Source of the DNA: Oikopleura dioica
Taxonomy: Eukaryota > Animalia > Chordata
DNA: 64,000 bases
Reading direction: 5' to 3'
NCBI GenBank assembly: GCA_907165135.1
Contig: OU015566.1
Coordinates: 4,154,001-4,218,000 of the forward strand
Part shown: positions 1 through 13,978 of the stretch, in pieces
How the letters are laid out: each line of letters begins with the position of its first letter
Position numbering within the stretch: the stretch's first letter is position 1
The notes under the pieces: model-generated
Databases searched by the model: none
Told to the model about the DNA's origin: nothing
Seen by the model: only the letters and a program-made list of their open reading frames with translations
Translations under genes and position numbers: made by a program

Positions 1-155
1 TGAGAGCCAATAAATGGTATCAATAACCTTGATTTCAACCAGTTTTGCCGCAAACTGAAGTGATTTCCACTTCAGAATATGGTTTCCTCTTTCAAAAATG
101 TCATAAAAGCCACAAAAACAATGACTTCAGCTTATTTTGCTGCAAAAAATATACT

Positions 156-2300
156 TTAAAAAAATTTGGCAGGGACATATTTTTTGCTTTGATGACCCAA
201 TTTAAGGGACTTTTTTCGAAAATTTTGGAGCAAAAAAAGTCCCTTATTTTGGACTCCGACTGTATGTCCAGTTTGATTGACAGTTCCTTCAGTCCAAATC
301 AGAAAAATCGCAATCAAGGGGCCTATCGCATTACTGACATCATTTCCACCATGAGCAAAGGCGCCAAAACAAGCGGTCAAAATTTGAAGAAATGAGAAGA
401 CAATCTTGTTCGTTCTTGAGTTTTCTAGTTCATCTTCGGTCTAGAAAGCGGTCAGAAGGGAATATAAAAGGAAGATTGCCTTGAGTTGCTCATCAACAGA
501 AGAAATAGAGCTTGTGTCAAACTTGATCGCTGCGGAGTCGAGCACTTCATCGTCGATTTTTCGGTGAATATCGACGATTTCTCCGTTATGAACGACGATT
601 TCGAAGTCCGAATCTGATTCTTCGCGTATTTACAACAAATAGATTCGTACCTTGATGCTTGAGCTTCACATGAGTATCTCTCATTACTTCCCTCTGCAGC
701 TGCATGACCTCGGGAATCCTCACTTTTCGGTCGCCCTAGAATTTTTCGAAATCAAGGAAGAGAAAGCCGACTAACAAGTAGTTTCATTATATTCTCCGTC
801 GTCAGCGCCGGTCGATTCTCATCATCTCGGTACATATCCGCTTCCGAACCTACTCGCCGTTTGGTTTTCATTAATTCTAGAGAAAGATAAGAAGAAGATC
901 ATCTGATTTTCATTAAAAATCAATCCACGCGTGTTTCAAAACTTATGATTGGCAATTTGTAAATTGACAAAATGGAGGTTGAAAAAATTGATACCATTTC
1001 GCGAGTTCTCGAGTGTCTTCTGCTCAGATGGTGTGAATTGCACTTAACCATTTGATATCCTGACCTCTGGTGTTTTTCGATGGTTTTTTAGAAGCAAAAA
1101 CCATCATCTCTAGAACCCTTTTTTCTACCTGTTGCTCGGCGCCGATCAAATTCAGAAGGAAGAGAAGTTTTGGGAGACTCGATGATTTCTGGAGTTTTTG
1201 CTTTTGGGATCGGAATTGTGATTCCATTTTCCTTGATTTCAGAAATTGAAAATCGACGAAGATGGAGCTCGTCGTTGGTAAAATCGGAAGCGAGAATTTC
1301 AGGCATAGATTTGACGTTTTCTGATACCGTTGAGGTCCCTGACTCCTTTTGCTTTGTTTTTCATTTGATAATCAACCCCCTATTTTTAAACTGAAAACAT
1401 GACCGTAAAGAGCTCTGCCGAGAAAGCCGATTCGCCGCGTGAATGTTCGAGTCTTCAATTTTCTTCTCATTTTTGATCCTCTCTTTGATCAGCGGAACTA
1501 CGACGCATTGAACTAAGAGCCCCGTAACTGCCCCAAAAGCAGCTGCGCCGATGGGTGGGAAAAGAGTTGGCATGGTATACCAGCCGACGTTTGGAGAGTG
1601 ATGAAGGGAGGCAAAGACGTTGATGCCTGTCGTGAGGCCGTAAAGAATGGGCAGGGCGATGAGGGATCGCTGGTAGCTGTGCTCGTTGAGGAGGATAAAA
1701 TGGCGGGTAAACAAGTAGAAAACGCCTCCAACAACAGCCGAAATAAGCGGCGAGACGGTCCAAATGAGGAGAATTTTTGCGAGAATGATCCAGTTAATAG
1801 TTGAATAAGCATCAGATAATAGGGCGAATCCGACCATTGAGCCGACTTTTCCAGGCTTTTTCGATGACTTTTATCGGTTTAATTAAGAATGAAAATGGAC
1901 CATCGTAAACCTTTCCTATGGCATGAGTTCCAGAAACAGGCAATCTCAAAAACGTCGCAAACATCTGCCACATTACCGAACCCACCATTACCGACAACAT
2001 CCCCACCAAAAGCTCATTCCTCTTTCCTTCAAAAACTGAGACATCAAAAATGTCTTTTCTAATCGTTTCGCCGACATTTGCGCCCAAAAAGACAGCGCCG
2101 CAGGATTCAAAGATAATGGCCAAAATACAAGCGGTTTTCATCGAAATAGTTTTTGAACCAACTGTAGTTCCGAAAGAATTTGCAACATCATTCGCTCCCA
2201 CTGCGAATGCCAGAATAAATGCGATGATAAAAGCCGCTACGACGATATTTGCCGCCCTAGAAATGAGGAAGAGGAAGAAAATATGAACTTACTGTAATGA
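156..2300 (-). CDS. SLC20A: Sodium-dependent phosphate transporter (PiT/SLC20 family), multi-exon, ends not fully resolved
   Basis: Both PHO4 signature motifs are present: [11 protein letters not shown] (ORF 1812-2201) and [15 protein letters not shown] (ORF 156-380), with hydrophobic exons between. Confidence 0.9.
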
Positions 2301-2622
2301 AAAGCATTGGTCAAAAAAGCACAATTGCTGATCTGGGCGGGTGAAATAATCGCCGCAAATTGGGATTTTGTCGAACATCTTTTTGAATAGATTTCTCTCA
2401 TAGAAATCGAGAATCAAGAATTAGGCTCAGAGTATTTTTGGCACTACGCACTGAGTAAGTGAGTGTGACGTTTCCTTTATCATTGTCACATTGTTCGTTG
2501 AAAAGAAATCAACTACAGTAGTAACTGGAAGAAAGCTTTCTAGTGTTGTTTATCGAGTTTTATTAACCTTGAATAAATACTTGAAGGAATAATCAGATAA
2601 AATGTACAGAAAAAAGTAATAT

Positions 2623-4734
2623 TTAGTTGCCAGACAAAATAGCACGCTCGAAAATGTCGGTATTTTTCGCATCGCCGTGGATTTTTCCATGAAGATGCCG
2701 CTCCATCAAAATATTTGTCGACCAGCTCGACCCAACTGCCCAAAGAAAAGTCTGAAAATGAATGAGCAAATGCTCTAGGATCGAAAGCCGTACTCTGGAA
2801 TGAAGACACAATTGCTGATCAATCATTGAGTGAACGTCGTGAATTTCGTCTTTGAACTCGTCGCAATTTTCCAGATATTTATTTATCCAGTTGAAAGAAT
2901 CGGACCCGGAAAAAATTGTCAAGCCGGGAGACTGTTCCTTCATGATCTTTTTAATTCCATCGACGAAATTTCTCTGATCCGGTGGATGAGCAATGTAAAT
3001 CACTGTTGGCCGCTCTGACTCGTCAGTTTCTCCGAGCATGAATTTTCCGTCGAGAAATCGATTATGCTAAAAATGCTTTTTATCTTGAAAATGGTCAAAA
3101 AAATTACCTTCATTTGACCAAGTGCTTCATAATTGTAGGTTTGGACATATTCAGCGGTATTTTCGGCGACGAATTGGACATCTGTGATGATTCGCTGGAC
3201 AATATCGCACTAGAAAGTGAGTTTTAGCATTTTTTTTTTCAAAGTTTTTCTTCAAAAAATTCGATGAAAAAAGTCGGTGAACCTGGATCGAAGGCTTCTT
3301 CCTACAGTGTCTTGTCCAATCGCCGACGTTATATCTCCAATGAATCGAAACATAATTCATTCCTCCCAAAACTTCTTCAATGAATTTCTCAGAAATATCC
3401 CGAACATATTTTGGCCGTTGTGTATGGAGGACAATCTCGCCCATGAGCTTTTGCTCCTCTGGTGTGAGCACTTCTGGATACAAATTATCCTCGTCGTCTT
3501 GAATGCTTCCTCGAATGTCTTGGCGAAGATCGAGTTTGTCCTCGTCGATCATGACGTCTTTGAAGTCAAATGCTCGGTATGGCATCAGGAAGAGAGCGCA
3601 TTTGCCTTCGTTTTTGTACAATTTCTCAAGTGCTTCTTTTGAGTTCGGGAGGAGAATTCCCATCTTTTCAGGGAGCTGGGTCCATTCGGGGTAAATGGGG
3701 GAAGTGTTCGAGATGCAATGGTATTCTTCCATGTCGTGGTGGTCTCCGACTTCTTCGATGTCGATATTTGTGTAACCTTAAAAATGTAAGAATTTTTTTT
3801 CTGAAAAATTTTTGTCAGAAAATTTGTCGAAAAATTTTTGTCAGAAAAGTTTGTCGAAAAGATTTTGTCAAAAAAATCTTTTCAAAAAAATTTGGAAAAA
3901 ATTTGAAAAAATTTTTTTCAAAAAATTTTCGTCAGAGATTTTCTTACCTAAAATATCTTGATGATACTTGATCCTGTTCATCTTGTCCCCATGGCAAAAA
4001 TCTCTCCTCGCCGCCCAAAACTCATCGAATTCATGATCACAATTTTCCGCCATTTCTTCCGGCTCAACAATCGGAATAAACTCCCTCAAAAGATTCAAGT
4101 CGATCTTCGCTCCGGCAGCGACGGGAGCAGATCTGTCAGTCTTGGCGGACTCGTCGGAGGCCCAGTGTTTGAAAAATGGAGGCATTGACAAAGTTCGATT
4201 CATTTTGATCGCCATGAAAATGAGCTCTCTCATCCCGCGGAGCTGATTGTTTGGGCCCCAGATGTAAGTTCCGGAAAGAAATTTATCGCTCCGGAGATTT
4301 GTCGCTGGTTCAATTGATTGGTCAAGTTCTAGAGCGAATTTCGGGCATGTCTCGAGTGGCTGAAGATCTTCAAATTTCGCTTCTTCTGCTGAAAGAGATT
4401 CCTCGAGATTCGAAGCGCCGGTGATTGTCTTTTTCGCCCAAATTCCATTTTCGCCAATTTCAACTTCTCCGCTTGTGTCCAAAAACGCCCCGTTGTATTT
4501 ACCCGCTTCCCCGAGTATATTCCTCAGCTGTTTTCGCTCGAAAGAATGATCGCCAGGACGATGTTTTGAATGACGAGATGTTCCATAAGCGTCGAAATCG
4601 AGGTCTGTCGCTCTTGACTCGCCAGCTAGCATTCCTACATCTTCAGCGCCGTAGAAGAGGTAGTCGACTTCATCGGCTGCGATTCGATCTCCTGGTGGTT
4701 TCACATGGATCCCTTCTTTTCGCTCTAAATTCAA
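2623..4734 (-). CDS. GDP-fucose O-fucosyltransferase-like glycosyltransferase (POFUT/O-FucT family), multi-exon
   Basis: GPNNQLRGMRELIFMAIKMNRTLSMPPF, VSIHWRY..DW..C, VIYIA and IDQQLC..TFLWAVGSSWSTNILMER match the O-FucT motif order. Confidence 0.75.
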
Positions 4735-6044
4735 TATTTTGATAAGAACTATTGAACTTCAAATGCTTAAAAATGCGGAAGAAACATTCGAGTAGTCATC
4801 ACAGCAGGGCGCCGCTCATCGATAAGATTCGATAAGAAAAATATCATCCAATGGCTTTGAATTTTATACGGGGTAATTTTCTGTTTACTATTTTAACAAA
4901 TTTTTGGATTTACGCCATTAAAAGATTATAATAAAAGAAAATGTATGAAAAACCATAAAAGCTCTTATAATTTAATAAATTCGTATTTTTTTTCAAGGGT
5001 CAAATTTGAGAATAAATTGATAGGAATTAGACCCAGGTAATTGTCAACGTTAGGAAAATATACTCTTTTTCTATTAAATTTTCGTATATACTCTTTATAT
5101 GATATGAATCATATCTACCTGGGAGCCGAAAAGTAGATGTTCGATAAGGATTCCCATAGCTCTTCTCCATCAATTTCTCAACCCCTTTTAGCAGCAGGTC
5201 CAAGTGCTCATCTTCCATCAAGTTCGGCGTATAAACCTTCTCAACCATCCCCAATTTGTAAAAAATTCTCGAGCTCGCATGAAGATACAACTCTCTATTG
5301 CAAAGATATAGAAGCGTGTTGAGAAGAATAAGGGTGTAACACGCTGTTTTGAAGATTTCGCTTCGATCCCAATATGTTTCTTGGGCTTTTCTCTTTTTCA
5401 TTATTTTTTCACGAAAAGGGTTGAATTACTTTGCGACATGTTTCTTTTACCCTTTTCAGGCATTGATACTTGGCCCGCGGCGCTTTTTCAAAATGTTACA
5501 AGCTGGGAAAGGGACTTATGCGGACTACCGATTCAGATTCAAGCGCTTTTACCATCCAACTAAAGTGTTTATGACTGGATTTAACACACAGCGCACCTGT
5601 ATTACTAAGCGAGGAATCTCGGGTTTCAGAATGGAAGAGCATATTTCATTTAGAAGTTATCTCTTCTAAAATTTCCGTAAAATCAAGGATCAAAAGATGC
5701 TTTCACGGTTTATCAAAGAAGGTATAAATACCATTTCTTCTCGCAATTAAACTAAACAAGGCAAAAATAAAAAAAATGAAAATTTTCAACTTTCTTTTTT
5801 CCACTCCATTTTCAAAGACAATTTCTTCAAATGAAACTTGCGTCGGCTTTCTCCAGCTTCCTGATCATGTAAGGCTTAATTTTTTCAGAGCAAAACGAGC
5901 ATGCAAGACATTGGTTGGAGGAACCCTGGCATACTATGATTCTAAAGAGGAATTCGAGATCTTTTCGGAAAGACGAGAAGGAACTGGTTTTCGCAATCTG
6001 TGAAGAAAACTTGTGTCAATTCTGTTCAGAGTCGCAAATTTGTG

Positions 6045-6290
6045 AGCTAGCTGAGCTATCTAAGCGAGCTGAGCTGAGCTCTCTGAGCTAGCTGAGATGC
6101 GCTATCTGAGCTAGCTCAGCTCAGCTCAGCAATTTTGAAGTGAAGGTCAGCTCAGCTCAATGGTTCTTCGAAAAGAGCCAGCTCAGCTCAACTAGCTCAA
6201 TTTTGATCTCAGCTTAGCTCAAAAATTTTTAGGGAAGCCCCAACTCAGCTCAGCTCAGCTCAATTTTGACCCCAGCTCAACTAGCTCCGC
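6045..6290. repeat. AGCTG/CAGCT pentamer-based repeat in inverted arrangement (MITE- or satellite-like)
   Basis: GCTGA-type runs in the first part (gagctgagctgagct) and GCTCA-type runs afterwards (gctcagctcagctcagc). Confidence 0.6.
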
Positions 6291-6618
6291 TCAAAAGAAA
6301 TTTTCAAAAATTTGCAACTTTGATTCTGCTCAACGATTCGAGTCCAAATTTTTTTCGGACTCTCACTCAGGTTTTCTTCACATATTGCCAAGCCCGGAAA
6401 AGGACTCAATAGAACTGACTGGCTTGGAATAAGAAAAAATAAATTCAGGAAAAAATTTTTGAAAGTCGAGAAAAACGCAACCCGGACCGTGAGTTTGACA
6501 AATTGGGACACGAATCAGCGAAATATGAATTTGGAAAGATGTGTTGCGATCAAAGAAAATAACAAATGGGCCGCGGAAGATTGCAGGGGAAAGAAGTTTC
6601 ACGTGACGTGCAGATTCA

Positions 6619-8384
6619 ATGATCGTTATTACTGCTAATTCTTTCTACCAAAAAATAAACTCTTCGTTTTTGACCATAATCTGCTGGAAATTTCTTGAGG
6701 GGCCGATTTTCCATCAGAACTCGCAATTTTCCAACTGTTACTTTCTCATCAATTCTGATCAAAATTCAGGGCGTGATCAAAAGTTAAAAAATAAAAATGA
6801 AAATTTTCCCATCGCTTCTTCCTTTTTGCTTTTCAAAGCGAATCGAGCCAACTGGTTCTTTCACCGATTCCCTCGGAACAAAAGAGATACGTTCAGTATC
6901 AAGGAGTCTGTGAACGGCGAGAGCTTCAATTTTTATGTTTTGGGCGACTGGGGAGGTCGGCCAGAGCCACGATTTACGAGTACTTTGCAGTTGAGCTCTG
7001 CAAGATGTATGATGAAATACGCCAGAAGCTTCCAGGTAATCATTAATAAAATTGAAAAAACCCGCGAAAATTATTGCTATCGTAAATTATATTTTTAAGC
7101 CCGAGTATGTTCTCTCCATCGGCGATCATTTCTACTTCAACGGAGTCGTCGACGAGCACGATTTGCGCTGGAAAAAGACGTTCGAAGAAGTCTACGACTC
7201 GGAAGAACTGATGGTTCCGTGGTACCCAGCTATGGGAAATCATGACTGGAATGTCCTCCCGCCACAGGTTGGGGATGATGATTTGCCAAGAAGAGGAAAT
7301 GGCTGGGCCCAGATCAAATATGGCCAGGATGAGCTTGGAACAAAACGATGGACTCACCCTGGTTCGGAGAGAATAATTCATGATGTTTGCTAAGCGATTT
7401 CTAGACCCGTTTTTCACGACTGAATACACGACTGAAGATGGCGTTGTCGTCAAAACGATCATGATCGACACACCGATGTTCAGTGGTGTCTACACTGGTG
7501 GTCGACCGAAACCAAATACGGATTCGGACGGAAATAAATGCAATGTGTACGACTTGGATCCAAAATGCGTCAATAACATCGCCCCTGTCGGAAAGTCTCA
7601 ATAATCAGCTTTTTTTTCTTCATTTTTTTGTCTATATTTTTTGACTTTTGAAAGATCCGAAAATCGCCGCTTGGGCTTGGGAATGGATCGAAAAGGAGCT
7701 CGAAAACTCTAATAATGCTGATTATCTCTTTGTCGCCGGACACTATCAAGTCGTTGATACAGAGGGAATCTACGATTATGAAATCTTCAGAAAACTCGAG
7801 CCGCTGATGGAGCAGTTCAACGTCACTGCTTATTTCCAGGGCCATCGGTTTAACCTCATATTATTAATGTTCAATTTTGAAGACTTTTCAGACATACGAT
7901 GGAACATGCACAGAGATCGCCAAAATTGCAGCCTGAGAACGAAACAATTACGAATAATGTCCATTATTTCACATGTATCTCGTTTTTTCATTCATTTTTC
8001 GAAGTATTTTTCTAGTTGGAGCAGGAGCCTTGTTAGATACAGGAGCCGAGATGGCGTATGTTCTTACTGGAGGTAAAACTAAACAAATTTTTTTTTCAGA
8101 CTCATGATAATTTTCAGAGATTCGCCCAGAAGTAGCGTGCCATCCGCGGAATGAGCCGAACGATTTCGACAACGGCAGCGCTATTTGCCATAAATACTGG
8201 TTCACGAAAAAAGTAAAATTCTCAGATGGCTAATCCGACAATTTGTTTTTAGTACGCTGGAGGATTTGGTGCTGTTAATATCACAAAAGATCGCGCCCTA
8301 GTCTCCATGATCAGCTCCGAAGTCGATAATTTGACAGATGCTTACAAAGTCGAATATTCTTTTGACATAAAGCCACGAAAATAA
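6619..8384 (+). CDS. ACP5: Purple acid phosphatase / tartrate-resistant acid phosphatase type 5-like, multi-exon, 5' end uncertain
   Basis: Five metal-ligand motifs in order: LGDWG, GDHFY, GNHD, VAGHY and GHRH (the last formed across a GT-AG intron). Confidence 0.85.
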
Positions 8385-8617
8385 AAACCAATAAATCCAA
8401 AGCAATTACGTCTCGTTAGATCTTGCGGACAATATCAGCAGTAAATCTAAAAAACGTCATAATTATAGCGCGCCTTGAAAAGTGAAGAGTGAATTAACGG
8501 CTGGCGACTTTTTATTGCGATGCTACATATATATATCCGCACGCGTTGTCGAGCTTGAACTCAGAGTTTGATACTTTACTCAAGGGTCAAGAGAAGAACT
8601 TTTGATCGAGAGAGAGA

Positions 8618-11600
8618 ATGAAGCTCTTACAGTCGGTTTTGGCTGGATCGGCGCTTGCCGTTCAGGAAAGCGGTCGAAAAAAATCTATTGTCGATTTTTC
8701 TTTTTTAAAAAAATTTTAATAACTTTATTCGTTAATTTTAAAAACTTTGAAAAATGAAAATTATAGTTTTTTTTTCAAAATTTTTTTATTCAATTTTTGT
8801 CTTTCCAGATCAAACCGCTGAAAAGCCACATGGTCATGGAACGCCAAGAGAACCAGCCAAATCTGGAGTTACAAACCAAAAAAATCTTAACGACTATTGG
8901 GTCAGCCCAAAAGATGTAAGTCGCGTATTTTTGATAATTCTGTAAAATAATCTGTGAATGAAAATTTCGAAATAAGATAACTCAGAATTACGTTTTTTCT
9001 TCTCATAAAAGTCACATCTTTGATTGCGTTGTGGTTCGGGCAATTAACCAGAACTTTAATTATTTTCATTACGAGGCTACTTCATTTTTTAGCCATCGGA
9101 AGCAGAAAATGAACGGTTCATATGACCATGATTTAGAGTTTTAATTATAGGCTGATCGACTGAGGGAAGCCGGTTTTGACATGACGTATGTGAATGTCAT
9201 CGATGAGACGTCTGGTGGGCGAAAACGACGAGGAATTACTGATGGCTACAGTAAGTGGCAGCCGCTGGAGACTGGAGGGCCAGTTATGGTTCCATACGGG
9301 ATTTTTAGCGATCTAGCGGATCAGGAAGACATGATCAAGGTGGAAACATGAGCATTTTCTGATTAAAACGGGTTGTTTTCAGGGAGCAATGGCAGAAATC
9401 GAATCCGATCTTGCCTGCTTTTCCATGCCATATCTTGACGCTACCGAGCTTCTTTCAACCACCTATCCTCATGGAGTCATCTACGTCCTCTCCAGCCAAG
9501 GTTGCTACTCCTCTCTTGGAGTCTGGGAAGGCTTCGTCGGGAACACTGGGGCGGTTTCTGTCACAGACTTTGGAGTTCCTGAAACTTGGCAGATCATCGC
9601 CCTCGAGCCTAGTTGCAATGGGCACGCAACGGTCCAGCACGAGCTGATGCATGCGCTTGGCGTGAATCATGAACACAATCGGCCGGATCGAGATGAGTTC
9701 CTTTCATACAACCCTTCCGCGACCTTCATGCCTCAATCGTACGACGTCATTCCGATCGACGATTGGTTCGATCTCGACAGTCCTCTGGAAGTCGAATCAG
9801 TCATGACATACTGTTCCTTCTGCAGTGCAATCGGAAACAATCCTGTTATGACCATCAAATCATCCGGAGCGACTTTCAGCGACGGATACAGAGTAACAAC
9901 GACAGATGCCAAGCAACTGCAGTGGATGTACTGTGAAAGTGACACGACGAACTTCCCGAATTTTCAGTACAAAGAGACGGCAAATTGTACCTCAGGGGAT
10001 CTTCTCGGTTTCACGCGGGAAATTTTCACCGACAGAATCTGCGACGGACTTGTTGACTGCGGAGCTGGAGAGGATGAAGATGGAAGCCTTGCTGAGTGTG
10101 AACCGAAATTTCCAGAAACCGCCTTGGTAAGAATGGCCGATTAAATTATTATATGAATTTTTCAAGGGCTGTTGCGGTGGTTTCAACATGGGATTTGCAG
10201 GAAAATGCGTCTCCAGCGGCGAAACTTTCAATGACAAGGACGTCTTTGATTGTGATGATGGAAGTGCTGTTGTTTACGAGCCCTGGTTCGGAAGCTGGCT
10301 TCTGATGCAGGCTGACAAGTGGCCAATTGTTAACGGAGAATATGGCTGGTGGTCGGAAATCGAAACTGAGGCAACTTGCCCACCACTAGGTGTTGCATGG
10401 GATGTGACGGTGATCACCCCGAGCTGCATTTGGGACGGCGTGAAGAGTGATGGTTCAGGAACAACCACCACAACAGAAGCGCCAGCGACAACCACGACAG
10501 ATGCGCCCGCAACGACGACGACAGATGCTTCGGCAACGACAACAACAACAACAACGACAACACCTGAGGAAACAACGACCACGACTGACGCTCCATCAAC
10601 TGGATCACCAGGGGAATGTACTCAGACCTTCGATGACTCAGTCGTTTCTTGCGACGGTGGATTTTTACAGATTGAAATCCCTCTCTGCTCTCTTGAAGAG
10701 AAAGGATTTATGCCAGCTGGAATTTTCATGGGTATCCGAACTTGTTTTATATAAAGCACAAAATTGTATATCAGCACGAATATTTCATAAGCTGAACATG
10801 TTTCTAGAAGCAGCTGGTGAGTGCAGAGGCCGAGTTGAAGGGGGCAATTCGGTATTTGATACTCTTTCGCCAAATTGTACTGTCGACCCGACAATGATCG
10901 GAGACTCGCTTGTTTACAATTCGACAATTTTCACGAAAGACAATGGAGTCTCCAATGGAATCATTTCCCGGCAATTCGGAATTGTAAGGAAAAACCATCC
11001 ATTTACTCTTCTCATTTGACTCTCCTAGGAGCTTGAATTCTCCTGTGTTCTGGAAACCAAGCAGACTCTTTCCCTCGATCAGGGAATCAAAGTCAATGTG
11101 AACCATTTCATCGTCGATTTGGGCGAGAAACTTGGGTCGTTCAATGTTCGAATGGCCGTTTACGACTCACCTGATTTTGCTGAGCCCGCAAGGTGATTTT
11201 ATTATTGGGAATTCACGAAAGGACTTATTTTAGTGCCGATCATATCTTCTCGGTTCCAGATAAGGTCTTTATCGAGGTGAAGAATGATGACTCTCAATTG
11301 GCTGTTGCGCTTGAAAATTGCATTGCTTTTCCGGAAGATTCTAACGGAACAGGTTGAAAAATCCCTGTTTCTTTTCTCTTATAAAGAATTTTTCCAAGAA
11401 TATGCTCTGATTGAAAACGCCTGCCCTTCCGATGACTCAACATCGATCATTTCCAGTGGATTGACTCCCGAAGCTCGGTTCGAGTTCGCAAGCTTCCAGT
11501 TCGTCGACTCTTCCGCCCCGATTTCTATCGAGTGCGACATTTCAATCTGCGATCCTTCTGAAGGAAACTGCAATGTCTGCATGATCTCTCGAAAACGACG

Positions 11601-11664
11601 AGCTTTGAGCCTTTTGGAGAGCAAAAAATCTCGCGTCAAAGTCATGATCAAAACAGATTACTGA
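8618..11664 (+). CDS. Secreted astacin-family metalloprotease with LDLa module, Thr-rich linker and ZP domain
   Basis: Signal peptide MKLLQSVLAGSALA; HELMHALGVNHEHNRPDRD zinc motif; SVMTY Met-turn; CDGLVDCGAGEDED; poly-Thr; ZP-like C-terminus ending in a basic furin-like site (ISRKRR). Confidence 0.85.
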
Positions 11665-11856
11665 TTTTTGCTCACTTTTTGCATGCGTATTTGTCCCGTT
11701 TCTCATTTATCCCCGCTTTTTATTTATTCACGAAAGTTCAAAAAGACTTATTTTCTTTATTATTGTGCAATAAAAATAGAAATCGAAGAAAGCTTATGTG
11801 CAAATTGGAGGTAAATGGCAGAATAGGTTTGAAAGGAAAGAAAAAAAAGAAAGGAT

Positions 11857-13580
11857 TTAAACATCTTCGGGCTCTTCTTTCAGTTCTATCGATTCTTCTT
11901 TTGGCTCCTCTTTGACCTCTTGTTTTGACCTGCTTCGCGTCATTGGTCGATTCGGGTTGGGAGCAGTTTGCTTTTTCTTTGTCTTTTTTGGTCGGCCAAC
12001 TTTTCGTTTCGTAGGTTCTTTTTTCGGTGGTTTGGTGGGTCGTTTCTTTGGCTCCGGAGCCTCTTTTTGTGGCAAGAAGCAGTCTTGCTGATCTTTGGTC
12101 ATCATTTGCCAGTAGTTATCAAAGTGCTCATCAACTGAAATCATTGAAAATCGGGAACAATAGGGGGAAACTTACAGAACTCTTCCAAAAGATATTTGAC
12201 GGCATTTTTATCCTCGACAATTTTCGCAAAAACTTCTAGCGTCTTATTCGTCTTTCCAACCGTTAATTTTTCTCCAATGCCCATCTGAATATTAGTTTTT
12301 TTTACAAAAAGGATTTTAAGGACTTACAATGGTGAGTTCCTTGTTTCGTTTGCGTAAAGCATTAGCACTGACTTTTGTTTGCCCCGAAGCAGCGAGCTTT
12401 TATTCGAGTTAGAGAAGCTTTCTAGCAAAAATTCCATATGAATTTAGTTGGAAATTTTAGCTGTAACTCTGGTGCCTTCGCGAAAGTAAGTTGTATGTCG
12501 CTTTGGCATTGCATTCGAGCGAGATCTGGTAGGACTTGATCGCGTCGCCGCATGATCGTCTTATACCTCGCCGAGTCTTTCTCCTCAAGTTTGCTTTGCA
12601 AGGCCAAGTTGGTGACGTATGTGTGCACTTAGGTTAAAATATGATGACGTAAGACGTTCTGGACTTACTCTCATGTACTGCTTCGTTTGTTCTTTCGAGA
12701 CAATCAAAAGTCTTTGGCTCTGTTTTCACTTCTGGTGGTTTAATTTTCTCATCTTCTTCGGGCGAATCAAGCAAGGATTTGGTGTCTTCGGAGTCGGAGC
12801 CTCCAACGGAGTTGCTGTTCGTTGCTTTTTCTTTAGGCCCGCTTTCTCTTGAAGCCGATCTGAGAACCATCGTGAAGCTGGGTTTTCGACTCGGCTCGTT
12901 TTCGGCTGGTGCAAGGATTGTTATTTCATCTGGTGATTTCTCTTCATCTGTGGTGTGCTTTTTTTCTTCTACGGGTTCAGGCTTTTTGGCGATCTTTTTT
13001 CGTGCTCTTGAGTTTTTCTGCTTTGAGGACTTTGCTCGTTGATTTCTTTTTTTGCCTTTTTGCGATGCTTGCTTGGTGCTTTGCCGATTCTGTTGGGGTG
13101 AATTTAAACATTAGCTTATTTGGTCAAAATTATTTTTAAAAATAAAGGAAATAACTGGGTCATAAGGGCTCATAAATGAATAAAATGTCAATGGCCGTAA
13201 ATGAGCTGCGGAGCTTTTCTACCTGTCGCTTATTTATGTTTTTCTCTGCCTGAATGCTCTGCGTTTCTTGAGATTCGTCAAGATCGATAATTTCTAGAGC
13301 TTGATTTTTCGATGCGCTTTTGACCGATCCCTTGACTTCAACAGGTTCTGTTGGCTTTAGTTGAGTTCAGAATTTTTTCAAATAAAACCGTTTCTTTCAT
13401 GGATTTTTTCTCAAAATATTGGAACTCGACCTGCTGTCCGAAAGTATAAGTGTCCTCGGGTTCGCTTTTTACCGTTGAGGAGGAAGAAGAAGAAGCATTA
13501 TTTGGAGATTGATCTTCATCTTGTGGCTCCTCCTTGATTTCTTTGTCTTTTTCAGAAATCTTCTGACAGTCAGCAGGCAT
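11857..13580 (-). CDS. Low-complexity Lys/Glu/Ser-rich putative nuclear protein with an AT-hook-like motif, multi-exon
   Basis: ORFs 13338-13580, 12634-12870 and 11857-12144 share composition; RKVGRPKK motif. Confidence 0.5.
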
Positions 13581-13978
13581 CGCTCCGCTTACAGTGAAAT
13601 ATTCTTAAAATCTCTTTTTTTTATTTTGGCTTTATTCTAGCGACTAAGAGAACAAGTGCTGAGAAAAACAAGGAAAGCGATTGTCTAGAGACTTTTTCCT
13701 TCTTTGATGTTTTCAGATGGTCAGAGAACTGTTGTTAGTCTGCCAGTCTAGTAACAGAAGAAATTTCGGGTTAAATTTTTTTTTATAGTAATATTTCTTA
13801 TTCTGTACCTTGAACTGTAAATAAACCAAGGACAAATTTTCCCGCAAAAGACCTCATTTATTTCCCCGATCGTAGCCTTGAATGCGCAAATATTTAACAA
13901 AATCGATCTTGGTAGTTCCACTTTGAGGAGAAACGGCAGATACTCAGACCTCTTGATATAAAGAGAGAACAAACCGTA

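Noticed and set aside
3790-3945. AAAATTTGTCGAAAA-type repeats resembling the MITE TIR core (similar sequence at 56090-56160)
   Set aside because: AT-rich degenerate intronic repeats with no defined ends or TSD.
4900-6000. Possible host gene
   Set aside because: Short ORFs on both strands, no recognisable motif and no consistent exon chain.
7100-7135. GDHFY instead of GDNFY in the acid phosphatase as a sign of inactivation
   Set aside because: The metal-binding Asp and Tyr, and all other ligands, are retained.
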